A stretch of 45,779 nucleotides of DNA from Enterobacter phage ST22: sequence record OQ957557.1. One strand, given 5' to 3'. Numbering within the stretch: the first letter of the stretch is position 1; each line of letters opens with the position of its first letter. A program made the translations under genes and the position numbers. Below the pieces are notes generated by a model. The model was not told the DNA's origin. It did no database searches and saw only the letters and a list, made by a program, of their open reading frames with translations. This document shows positions 17,344 through 26,500 of the stretch, one piece after another.

Positions 17344-18068
17344 GTGGAATCGTAGAAAAGGCCCAGGAAAGCAGGACTGTAAACACTAAAACGCGCATCA
17401 CTGCGTTTATCCGTGACGCGATGATTTCCAAAGCGATGGACACGAGCGGAATTAATGACCGTAAAAAGCAGCTGATTGATGATCGCGCTGCACTGGCTGA
17501 GGATGTGCGCCAGTTTGCTCTGCGTCAGTCCGGTCTGACTGATGAAGGGATCAGGGGCATCCAGGCGAAACTTGAAAAGGAATACCCAAGCGGCGGGCAC
17601 GCTCGTGATTTCCTTAAGGTTGATATTTCGTTTCAAACGCATCAGCGCTTTAACGTCAACCTCAACGGGATGGATGTTTATTTGTGGCTGGATGGTCGCC
17701 CGTTTGAGTATCACGCATATGATGAGGGCAATAATACCCACCTCACTAAAGGCATCCAGGACCGCCAAAAAGAAGATACTACAGCGATCTTTGTTCCGCG
17801 CCAGCGCGCCAACATTGCCAGCGTTGAGCTGGGTGATCGCTTTATCAAACTGGACGCTGAAAAAGAGCTGATCGCCAGCAAAGTTGAGCAAATCACAAAC
17901 ACTCTGCGCGCCACGATCAAAAAGTTTGGCACCGTTGAGACAATGCTGGAGGCGTGGCCTGAGGCTGAGGAGCTGCTGCCTAAAGAGCTGCGCCCATCCA
18001 CTGCGCTGGCTATCAGCCCTGATGATCTGAATGCCATTTGTGGCATCCCAACCGGCAAAGCGGAATAA
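17340..18068 (+). CDS. Hypothetical protein (242 aa).
   Basis: ORF. I recognise no domain. Confidence 0.5.
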   Translation: MSGIVEKAQESRTVNTKTRITAFIRDAMISKAMDTSGINDRKKQLIDDRAALAEDVRQFALRQSGLTDEGIRGIQAKLEKEYPSGGHARDFLKVDISFQTHQRFNVNLNGMDVYLWLDGRPFEYHAYDEGNNTHLTKGIQDRQKEDTTAIFVPRQRANIASVELGDRFIKLDAEKELIASKVEQITNTLRATIKKFGTVETMLEAWPEAEELLPKELRPSTALAISPDDLNAICGIPTGKAE

Positions 18069-18108
18069 CCAATTCAGGGCAAGGATGCCCACCTAACGGA
18101 GAAATAGC

Positions 18109-18678
18109 ATGAGCGTAATTTTGACCTACACGGGGCGGCATGTTGACCTGCTCAGCCCAAACCCTGCTGAGTTTAATCTGGTGGATATCGCGCACGCGCT
18201 GAGCCAGATTAACCGCTTCACCGGTCACACCGTCTATCCTTACAGCGTTGCGCAGCATAGCGTGCTATGCGCTCGCCTGGTGCCGCAGGAGCATCAGCTT
18301 GAGGCGTTATTCCATGACGCCCATGAAGCGTACACCGGCGACGTTACCAGCCCCCTCAAGGCGCTGCTCCCTGATTATCAGGAGATTGAGGCCCGCATGG
18401 AGTGCGCGCTGCGTGCCGCGCTTTATCTGCCAGCGGCAAAGAGCGATATTGTGAAGCACGCCGATCTGGTGATGTTGGCAACTGAGAAACGCGATTTGAT
18501 GCCGCTGGATCTCAACCGCTGGGGATGCCTCACCGGCATTGAGCCGGATTATGCAGTTATCAACCCGTGGCAGCCAACGGTTGCGGCGGCAGAGTTTATC
18601 ACCATGGCGCTGCGGTTAATCCCAGAAGCCGATCACAATCTTTGGGTAACTGAGGGCCAGCTCCATGCACGTACTTGA
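18109..18678 (+). CDS. HD-domain phosphohydrolase (YfbR-like 5'-deoxynucleotidase family).
   Basis: H..H ... FHDAHEAYTGDV ... KHADLV motifs. GGAG RBS. Confidence 0.65.
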   Translation: MSVILTYTGRHVDLLSPNPAEFNLVDIAHALSQINRFTGHTVYPYSVAQHSVLCARLVPQEHQLEALFHDAHEAYTGDVTSPLKALLPDYQEIEARMECALRAALYLPAAKSDIVKHADLVMLATEKRDLMPLDLNRWGCLTGIEPDYAVINPWQPTVAAAEFITMALRLIPEADHNLWVTEGQLHART

Positions 18679-19357
18679 TATTTTGGACACGGTAGGCGCT
18701 ACGCTTAACCAGCGCGGCAAAGATAACGGCTATGACGCTGGCGGCAATGATATGGCTGAGAGCAAGGCAGAGGAGCGCAGCGCCGCAGATATCGCCCGCA
18801 TTTACACCGCGTTGAGTGGGCAGGAGATGAGCACGGCTAACGCCTGGCTATTCCTGATGAGCCTCAAGCTGGCCCGCCTTAAGTCGCAGCTGGTGCAGGG
18901 CAAAGATGTGAGTGATACGGTGATTGACCTCGTGGCATATTCTGGCCTTTACGGCGAGGAGATCACAAAGCCGCAGGTTGAGCTGGTAGACCCAGAAACG
19001 CCGGTTAGCTGGCATGAGCACGAGCTGCGCAAGATCGCCAAAATCATGACCGGCAGTGATGCCCCTGGTGAACTGCGTGCGCTGAGCGTCACCGCGCAGA
19101 GCTACGTTGACCGCTGCAAAGCGCTGGCAGCCGGACGGCAGACGCTGAGCGCTGAGAGCTGGGCCAACCTTGAAAAGCTGATGGCAGAGCCAGCCAGCCC
19201 AACCCGTGGCCTGATTGAGCTGCTGGCGCGCCGTCCTGGCAGCATCACCAGAAAGGTGGTTGAGTCTGCGGTTGCCAGCATTGAGGCGGCTATGTGCCCC
19301 CATGATTCATGGGATGAGCGCGGGCATTGTGTTGACTGTGGGAAGCAAGTGCGATGA
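18665..19357 (+). CDS. Hypothetical protein (230 aa). The C-terminus has a Cys cluster (CPHD..HCVDCGK).
   Basis: ORF. It may have a MazG-like helical N-terminus, which I cannot confirm. Confidence 0.5.
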   Translation: MHVLDILDTVGATLNQRGKDNGYDAGGNDMAESKAEERSAADIARIYTALSGQEMSTANAWLFLMSLKLARLKSQLVQGKDVSDTVIDLVAYSGLYGEEITKPQVELVDPETPVSWHEHELRKIAKIMTGSDAPGELRALSVTAQSYVDRCKALAAGRQTLSAESWANLEKLMAEPASPTRGLIELLARRPGSITRKVVESAVASIEAAMCPHDSWDERGHCVDCGKQVR

Positions 19358-19818
19358 GAAAATCAGCAAAAAGTAACGCCCCGCGAGATTGGTCGCCGGT
19401 TGAGAAAGATAACGGCGTTTACTGCGCACCGGCGTGCGGCTGCGGCTGCCTGAAAGTGGACTATGAGCGATGCCACCAGCAGGCTGCGGTGGTCCAGGCT
19501 GAGCTTAAAGAGCTGGGGCTGGGTGATTGGCAGATCCGTGTCTGGGAAAATGGTGATTGGCACTGGGAGCTGTACGCAGAATACTGGCACCTGTCTCCAA
19601 CGGAGCGAGTTAACAGCGAGCTGCCGAAAGGCCACCCAGAACGCAAAACCATTGTGAGCTGGAGCTGCTACACCCTCCAGGGGCCGCAGGGGTTGAGCCA
19701 AATCTGGGAGCGTGGGCCAAATTATATTGAGGCGCTGCACCGCGCCACCGTGCGGCTCACTGAGCTTGCTGAGGCAGTAAAAGCCACCGGCAACGCTTTC
19801 CCACCAGCCAAAAAATAA
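19354..19818 (+). CDS. Hypothetical Cys-rich protein (154 aa).
   Basis: CAPACGCGC motif near the N-terminus. Confidence 0.5.
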   Translation: MRKSAKSNAPRDWSPVEKDNGVYCAPACGCGCLKVDYERCHQQAAVVQAELKELGLGDWQIRVWENGDWHWELYAEYWHLSPTERVNSELPKGHPERKTIVSWSCYTLQGPQGLSQIWERGPNYIEALHRATVRLTELAEAVKATGNAFPPAKK

Positions 19819-19826
19819 TTTCACTA

Positions 19827-19856
19827 AAGCGGTTGACAATCTCAGCCGCTTTTTTG
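19827..19856 (+). terminator. AGCGG-N13-CCGCT hairpin followed by TTTTTT.
   Basis: It overlaps the promoter of the next operon. Confidence 0.5.
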
Positions 19857-19862
19857 TATGCT
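19833..19862 (+). promoter_or_regulatory. Sigma70-like promoter: -35 TTGACA (19833-19838), 18-nt spacer, -10 TATGCT. It is followed by the conserved leader CGAAACGACAACCGATTTAAAGAGG.
   Basis: Read directly. Confidence 0.45.
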
Positions 19863-19901
19863 TACCACATCGAAACGACAACCGATTTAAAGAGGCTCCA
19901 A

Positions 19902-20249
19902 ATGAAGAAATCAACCGCAGTGATCGCCGTATCAGTAACCACTATCTTAACTATTGTCATGATATTTGGCTCATCTCGCACCATCCTGGATCAGGCTTTC
20001 TACATGATTGCCGGTATCTTTTCCATCTTGGTGATTCTGGCCCTGGCCCTCATCATGGGCATTGACCGCACGCCAGCCGCAGCGCCTGCATCAGTAATTA
20101 AGCCGCGCACCATCACCGGAGATATGCCTGATGATGCAGCCATACGAATGGTGAAGATGTATCACTCAACCGGAATGAGCGCTCCTGATATCGCCGTCAT
20201 TACCGGCCTGCATATCAAGTCTGTTAACCTGATTATTGAGCACGCTTGA
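19902..20249 (+). CDS. Membrane protein (2 TM) with a C-terminal HTH-like segment.
   Basis: MKKSTAVIAVSVTTILTIVMIFG...IAGIFSILVILALALIMGI, then ...MSAPDIAVITGLHIKSVNLII. Confidence 0.45.
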   Translation: MKKSTAVIAVSVTTILTIVMIFGSSRTILDQAFYMIAGIFSILVILALALIMGIDRTPAAAPASVIKPRTITGDMPDDAAIRMVKMYHSTGMSAPDIAVITGLHIKSVNLIIEHA

Positions 20250-20346
20250 CATGAAACGAATCACCGGAATTATTGTAACCGCTATCGCCATAATTGGATG
20301 CTCATACGTGGGCACCACTAACGCAGCAACAAATGAGGGTAAACCT

Positions 20347-20565
20347 GTGAAAAAAACTATTTTAGCTGTATGTATTGCCTCCACCAGCCTGCTGGCAGGT
20401 TGCGCACCACTGGCACCAACGCATGATTATCGCATTGATGCCTCATACAATGACTATCAGGCATGGAAAGGCCACGGCCCGCTCCAGCACAATGAGCGCT
20501 GCAAAGGGCTTACCGCTCAGGGCAAATGTGATGCCGGTCAGTGGCCCGTAACCGGAGCCAAATGA
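20347..20565 (+). CDS. Lipoprotein (73 aa from GTG, VKKTILAVCIASTSLLAGC...). Candidate Cor/Llp-like superinfection-exclusion protein. Alternative in-frame start at 20251.
   Basis: GAGGGT RBS 6 nt before the GTG. Lipobox LLAGC. Mature part with 3 Cys. Confidence 0.5.
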   Translation: MKKTILAVCIASTSLLAGCAPLAPTHDYRIDASYNDYQAWKGHGPLQHNERCKGLTAQGKCDAGQWPVTGAK

Positions 20566-20897
20566 TGATGGCACCCGTTCCGATTGAGGAGCGGTGCCTG
20601 GTCATGACCACCCATGGGCGTGCATTGTACGCCCTTTTTTGGGTGCGTGAGGGTGAGGTGGGATGCTGGAATGGCGAGAAGTACAAAGCCCAACAAAACG
20701 GATGGTGCTGCGTACCGGCGAAATTTGGCAACAATCCCCCGCACCTTGATCAGGCTGATGCTGCCGTGTTTACGCCCAATGACCTAATGCGCATTGACGG
20801 GTATGAGAAGCACCCAGAGATCGCTGCGGCACTGGCAAACAAGCGACAAGTTAACCATGACCGGCTGATCGTTGGTCACTACAGGAAAATGAAATGA
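20561..20897 (+). CDS. Hypothetical protein (~112 aa).
   Basis: GGAG RBS. Start overlaps the upstream stop. Confidence 0.45.
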
Positions 20898-20996
20898 TTA
20901 TTGTCCTGTTTTACCTTGATGAGATTTGCCCTGAGTGGGTGATGATCTGGATCTGGCCTGGCTTTGTTCCCCCAACAATTTTGAGAGAGGTTTGCG

Positions 20997-21443
20997 ATGA
21001 GTAACCACCGCGATGATTTAGACGGCGAGCATAAAGCGCCGCACTGGAGTAATCCACTGGACATGATGAGCACCAGTGAGCGCAAAGAGCTATCCCTGCA
21101 AGGCGAGGATATAGCCCGCCAGCTGGATCAGCCATGCGCCAGCGGCACCCGTGAGCTGGGGAGTGATTTTATCCGCTCTGGTGCAGAGCCATGCACCGGT
21201 GAGCGCGTGGATTTTGACCGCACGCCGCAGCAATATGAAAGCCTGATTTATGGCGGGATAACCAATAAGGCCATCACAAGCTCTACCGCCACCGCCGTGG
21301 CCCGTCACTCATTTAAGGATCATGAGATCCGTGAGCTGGTCAATCAGCTTAAGCATGAGGCTGATATGCACTATCCGCACCCGCTGCGCCGTGATGTGAT
21401 TAGCCGCGTAGTGGCTGAGTTTCTTGGGGGCAAGTTTGAATGA
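20997..21443 (+). CDS. Hypothetical protein (148 aa).
   Basis: GAGAGG RBS. Confidence 0.5.
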   Translation: MSNHRDDLDGEHKAPHWSNPLDMMSTSERKELSLQGEDIARQLDQPCASGTRELGSDFIRSGAEPCTGERVDFDRTPQQYESLIYGGITNKAITSSTATAVARHSFKDHEIRELVNQLKHEADMHYPHPLRRDVISRVVAEFLGGKFE

Positions 21444-22210
21444 GCGGGCGTAAATGCGTTGTTTTGCTCTATGACTACCTTGACACAATGGCGTTACCGT
21501 GGCTGAAAGCCGGTTATGACGTGGTGAGCGTGGACGGAAAGCACCCTGAGGGGCTGACTCATGATTTTTATCACCCTACCGGCGCGGTGCATCACAAAAT
21601 TGGGATGTGGTTTGAGGCCAGCCGCACCACGGAGCAGGCCATTGAGCTGGCGCGCAAAATCGGGCCGGAAAACATCATTATGGTTTTCGGTTTCCCAGAA
21701 TGCACCTATCTGACCAACGCGGGCAATCGCTGGTTTGTGCATCCAGATGATAAGCACCTGCCGCGTGAAAAGCAGCGCCCGCACCCGCTATACCCCAACC
21801 GGATGCAGGATCGCCGTGATGCGGTGGAGCTGGCCCGCTTTGTGCCTCTGGTCGCCGCAGCTCTGCATTGCCCAGTGTGGGCGTTTGAAAATCCACGCAT
21901 TGGCTACCTTAGCACCGTATGGCGCGATCCAGATCACTGGTTTGACCCATGCGATTATGGCGGCTACCTGCCGGAGGACCACCAGCACAAAACGTTTAGC
22001 GATGTTTACCCAGGGCGTGACGCGTACCGCAAGCCCACCGGCATCTGGTGCAGCCCTGGCTTTAAGATGCCTGAGCGCAAGCCCGTGCCACCAGTGGGAA
22101 AAGACTTCCCCGGATGGGCAAAATGTGGCGGCAAATCTGACCGCACAAAGGAGATCAGGAGCGCTACGCCGGAGGGTTTTGCTCTGGCTGTTTTCTGCGC
22201 TAACGAATAA
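21440..22210 (+). CDS. Degenerate C5-cytosine-methyltransferase-fold protein. It has motif IV-like GFPEC, motif VI-like ENP and a DYG motif VIII region. It lacks the FxGxG SAM loop and a TRD.
   Basis: VVLLYDYLDTMALPWLKAGYDVV resembles motif I without glycines. ...MVFGFPECTYL... and ...VWAFENPRIGYL... follow. Only 256 aa. Confidence 0.4.
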   Translation: MSGRKCVVLLYDYLDTMALPWLKAGYDVVSVDGKHPEGLTHDFYHPTGAVHHKIGMWFEASRTTEQAIELARKIGPENIIMVFGFPECTYLTNAGNRWFVHPDDKHLPREKQRPHPLYPNRMQDRRDAVELARFVPLVAAALHCPVWAFENPRIGYLSTVWRDPDHWFDPCDYGGYLPEDHQHKTFSDVYPGRDAYRKPTGIWCSPGFKMPERKPVPPVGKDFPGWAKCGGKSDRTKEIRSATPEGFALAVFCANE

Positions 22211-22220
22211 CTGATATGAT

Positions 22221-22256
22221 GCCCCAGATTAATCTCAATTCTCTGGGGCATTTTTG
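22221..22256 (+). terminator. GCCCCAGA-N13-TCTGGGGC hairpin followed by ATTTTTG.
   Basis: It lies between the replication-region genes and the lysis cassette. Confidence 0.5.
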
Positions 22257-22257
22257 C

Positions 22258-22566
22258 ATGGACAAGGATACTTTTATTACCAAAGCGTGGGCGTGGTTTA
22301 TTGCCGCTTGCCTCGCAGGGGCATTTATTAACGCCGGTGCGCAGAAAGATCACACGCGCAATCAGCGGATTTTCTCATTTCTGGGCGCATTTCTGGCGGC
22401 TTATTTTCTGGCCCCCGCACTCCTCCACCATTTCAACATTGTTGGCGAAAGCGAGCTTTCAGCCGCAGGCTTTGGCGTTGCTGCTGTTTGGCAATTGATC
22501 TATAACAAGGCTGTAACTATCATCAACGGCCTTAATATTCCTTTCTTTCAAGGTAAAAAAGAATGA
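22258..22566 (+). CDS. Class I-like holin (3 predicted TM, ~102 aa). An alternative upstream start at 22216 is less likely because it would include the terminator.
   Basis: Three hydrophobic segments. It lies two genes upstream of the endolysin. Confidence 0.5.
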   Translation: MDKDTFITKAWAWFIAACLAGAFINAGAQKDHTRNQRIFSFLGAFLAAYFLAPALLHHFNIVGESELSAAGFGVAAVWQLIYNKAVTIINGLNIPFFQGKKE

Positions 22567-22934
22567 TTCATTCATTTCACATCATCACGGAGGGGCCATT
22601 TTTCTGGTCTACTCCCATGGGGCTTTTTGTAGCTTTCTCCCTCGCATTCTGTTACGCGGTCAATGTCCTGCACCGTGGTATTGATGATTGTTTTTTTGAT
22701 CGTGTCTATTACTGCATCGTGGCGCTGGTGGCCTTTATGGCCTTTATCGTGGGATCAGATCCTACTCACCAGAATCCGCAAGGGATTGGTGCCACTATCC
22801 TGGTAATGTTAGCCTTGCGCGCATGGTGGCGGCTCACGGTCCGGCTCATTCGATTCTGGCGCACAAAACAGCCCCAGAGCACTTTAACCTCATTCAGTGA
22901 TAAAGGAGGCCATCATGGCACTAAAACGCGCTGA
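22563..22934 (+). CDS. Second holin-family/antiholin-like membrane protein (3 TM, 123 aa).
   Basis: Hydrophobic helices and a basic C-terminus. It overlaps the endolysin start. Confidence 0.45.
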   Translation: MIHSFHIITEGPFFWSTPMGLFVAFSLAFCYAVNVLHRGIDDCFFDRVYYCIVALVAFMAFIVGSDPTHQNPQGIGATILVMLALRAWWRLTVRLIRFWRTKQPQSTLTSFSDKGGHHGTKTR

Positions 22935-23301
22935 GAAGCTGGCAGGAGTCCATCCTCGCCTTGTATCGGTAGTAAACGCGGCGGCCCTGCTCCTGCCGTT
23001 TGATTTGTACGTTGTAGAAGGTTTGCGCACCGTGGAGCGCCAGCGTGAGCTGGTGGCAGCCAAAAAGAGCAAAACGATGAATAGCCGCCACCTTAAACAG
23101 AAAGATGGCTATGGGCACGCGGTGGACCTGTTTAACGGCAAGGATTGGAAAGAGGAGAGTTTCTTCCCCATCCACAAAGCCATGATGGAGGCCGCAAAAT
23201 TGCAGGGCGTTACGCTTACGTGGGGCGGTGACTTTAACGGTGACGGTCACAACGTGGGGCGTGATAACTGGGATTGTCCTCACTTCCAGATTGAGCTGTA
23301 A
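22916..23301 (+). CDS. Endolysin, L-alanyl-D-glutamate peptidase (peptidase M15, T5-endolysin-like).
   Basis: AAAGGAGG RBS. ...VVEGLRTVERQRELVAAKKS...GHAVDL...DNWDCPHFQ (zinc-binding H/D pattern). Confidence 0.7.
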
Positions 23302-23303
23302 CC

Positions 23304-23470
23304 ATGGATAAACTTAAAGCAGCATGGCCTTACATCCGGCGCGCATTGACCCACAAAGCTACCTATACGGCGTTGATCGCCGTTGCCGGTGTGGTTGGGT
23401 ACACCAAAGCGCCGCAGCTCGTTGACGCTATCCAGGCGGTTGTTACCGCCGTATTAGGCCCAATTCAGTG
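23304..23470 (+). CDS. Small TM protein (55 aa) ending the lysis cassette.
   Basis: MDKLKAAWPYIRRALTHKATYTALIAVAGVVGYTKAP.. Start overlaps the endolysin stop. It is below the ORF-track cutoff. Confidence 0.35.
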
Positions 23471-23480
23471 AGCCAATAAA

Positions 23481-23510
23481 AAAGGGAGCCAATGGCTCCC
23501 TTCTCTTTTT
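23481..23510. terminator. Bidirectional rho-independent terminator GGGAGCC-AAT-GGCTCCC, flanked by A6 and a T-rich tract.
   Basis: It lies between the convergent lysis cassette (+) and the J gene (-). Confidence 0.65.
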
Positions 23511-23520
23511 CCCCTTCTCC

Positions 23521-26500
23521 TTATCTCGCCTTAGCCACCAGGAAAATGCCCTGAGTCGAATAACCTGATGCCGTGCTCTTTGCCGCGTTGTCAAAGCGGA
23601 TCGTGGCAGATTTGCCTGCTGGGAGGCTAACCACGCTACTGTTTACCGCTGACAAAATCACCTTGTTATCTGCTGAGGCCAGAACGCTGTGAGCGGCCTC
23701 ACCCTGCACCGTGATGGTAGCTGACACAGAGCCTGAGGCGCTGGTGGTTGATGAAAGCCTAAAGTGAATGTGAATAGGCATGAGAATGATCTCACGGTTT
23801 AGCGTACTATCTGCTGGAATAGTCAGAGTTTGCGCCGGTGCCACCGTGTAAGCCGTCGCAATATCGCCAGTGATCTTATTGGCGTGCAGGCTCTCAATCT
23901 GAGCGCTTTTGATGCTTACAGTGCCCAGGTGCGCCGTATTGATTGACGCATTGGCAATTTTCGCGCTGTCAATCGCCGCTTTGGCAATCTTAGCGTTTGT
24001 GATCGCCCCGTCAACGATATGGGCAGATGAGATAGCCGCGCTAGCAATCTTCGCGCCCTGAATGGTGGCATTAGCGATTTTTGCATTTGTGATCGTGGCA
24101 TCCTGGATCATGGCTAAATTCATCCAGACCCCAGCGGCGTTAACAGTCATCATGTTTTTGAGCACGCCGTTGCCGTTGTTAGCCCCTGGGACGTATACCG
24201 CGAAATTGTTCGCGTTAATCAGCACGGTGCCCTGGTAGCTGCCACCGCCAGCCTCTGACCATGAAACGCCCGCAGAGATGCCTGCCATGTAGTGGCGGCC
24301 TGCGCTGTCTACCTGCGCCTTAACGGTCCATGTGGCATCATATTTGCCCAGCTTATCCCGCGCCGCGTTGGCGGTTACCTGGACCGTTGCCGCCAAATCA
24401 GCCGCACGCTTAGCCGCATCAGCCTCATACATGCAAACGGCATCAATCCAGAAGTTTGTTCCAGCGGGCCATGCAGTGGTGCCGTGAGGAGCGTAGAAAT
24501 AAGGCCGGATTGAGCGCGTGCCCTCTGGCAGCAGCACGTAACCAGAAAACGTTTTCCATGCAGTGGTTAGCCCGTTTGATGCATTAGCTTCCACTGCTGA
24601 CACACTCAGGCGTGTTCCAGCGCCATCATAGCAAGCGATGCCAATGCGCAGAGAGCACCCAGCAGGCGCTGAGCCGCTGCCAATTTTAGCCACGTAGCTG
24701 ACATACCAATATTTAGACTCAAACCCAACCTGAGTCTGCTTGAGCCATTCAAGATCTGCGTTGCCGGTGTTGGTGTTGTATCGCAGGGTTCTAGTGCCTG
24801 CGTAAGCTCCAGAAGTCACCAGAGAAGCCTGCGCCCGCCCGCTATTGATCATCAGATCCAGATCACTCTCAGTCTGGTAACTTTCAAACGAGCCATCTGG
24901 GAAAAGGTTATTCCCTTTGACGTTGGCAACGCCTGCCACCTTCTGGGCCTCAACCGCAGTGTCATGCGCAGTTTTAGCAGCCGCAGCCGCATCCGTTGCC
25001 TGCTTATCAGTTACCGCCGTCCATGCGTTATTAACCCATCGCTTGGGCGTATTGGCGTTGTTCGTGGTGTCAATCCAAAGCACGTTGGCCTTTTGGTCAG
25101 CTGATGGCGGCGGGCTATTCTGAAAGTAGACTTTCGCCCCACCAGCCGCAGCGCTTGCCGCGCTCTCAGCAGCTGATTTGGCTGCATCAGCAGTCTGCTG
25201 CGCCGTCTGCACCGTCTGCTGCATGGTGGTGATGGTTTTGCCCTGCTGCGTCACGGTGCCGCTGATGGTCTGCACGGTGCCGGTTAAGTCGCTAACGTTT
25301 TTGGTAACTGTGTCCACTCTCGCGCCCAGCGCGGTCATATCGTTGCCAACCTTCTCAAGGTTGGTGTCAATGTACGTGGTCACATCTTTGAACGCTTGCG
25401 ACTTCTGGATCTCCGCATCCAGATCTCTGATGTAGTCAGAAATCACCTCATTGGCGGCACCTTTTACTGGAGCAGTCCATGCTGACTGATTGCCCAGCTT
25501 GTCAATGCAGCGAGCGCGAACGGCGATATTTTGCCCGATTGCCAGCCCCATCTGCTGATATTTGCCGGTAGGGTAAGCCACCAGCGTGAGCGGCAGCCAG
25601 TTAGCCGTTACCGGATCGGTAGGAAGGTTTAACGCCTGGTACTGCAATTCAGTAGACGCGGTATCGCCGGAGCCTGCCGCAAATGTCCAATTCCACTGGA
25701 TGCCGTACTGCATTTTAACCGCTGCGCCCATGATTGGCGGCTGCGGTGCGCCGGTGCGGCCTGGCAGCGTGACCATGGCAGACTCAGCCCACGGGCTGGA
25801 AACCTCAGAGGCACCAATGGCGCGCACGCGGGCGTAATAATCACCGGCGTAGATGCCCGCCACCTCATAGGACGTGGTTGACTGACGCGGGCCATTAACC
25901 CAATCGCCATCACCTTTTCGCCACTGAATTTCATACGCCAGCGCGCCCTGCACCTTACCCCATGTGATGCGCATGGTTTTGACGCGCTGACCCTGACGGA
26001 TCACGTCATAGGCACTGATGGCGATATTACCAGGGGCTTTGATGCCAGGCACCGGCAGCAGGCTGACGGTTGGAATGTCCAGCCGTGCGCCCTTATCAAT
26101 CGCGTCATATTTTGAGGCGTTGTGAATGATGGCGGTGATCTCATAGCAGTCCTCACCATCTGAGCGCTTCATGCTCTGCACTTTGAACGTTTGCAGGTGC
26201 AGCGTGCCCGCGTCAATGACGAAAACGGCGTAAGGCACCGGCGCGGCAGAAAGAGCCGTTTGGAGGCCAATGATTGCCCCGTTGACGGTGGCAATAGTCC
26301 GGCGCTCAGGCTTTCCATCTTTGGTACGCACCAGAATGGCATCACCAATAGCTGCATCCGTCACACGGTCCAGCGTCACGGTGCGCAGGTCAGCGGAAAC
26401 TGACTTGATACGCCCGCCCATGACCTTACCGGCAAGGCGCTCATCAGCCAGCGCGATGATGTGACCAGGCAGGAACTGGATGCCGTCAAGACCCATTTTA

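Noticed and set aside
20894-21004. 36-aa hydrophobic ORF (MIIVLFYLDEICPEWVMIWIWPGFVPPTILREVCDE) between two early genes
   Set aside because: It is possible as a small membrane peptide (ATGA overlap with the upstream stop). It has no RBS, is short and overlaps the next gene's start region. I cannot support it from sequence alone.
22216-22257. Upstream ATG (22216/22219) as the holin start
   Set aside because: It would place a stable terminator hairpin (22221-22256) inside the coding region. The ATG at 22258 immediately after the hairpin is preferred.
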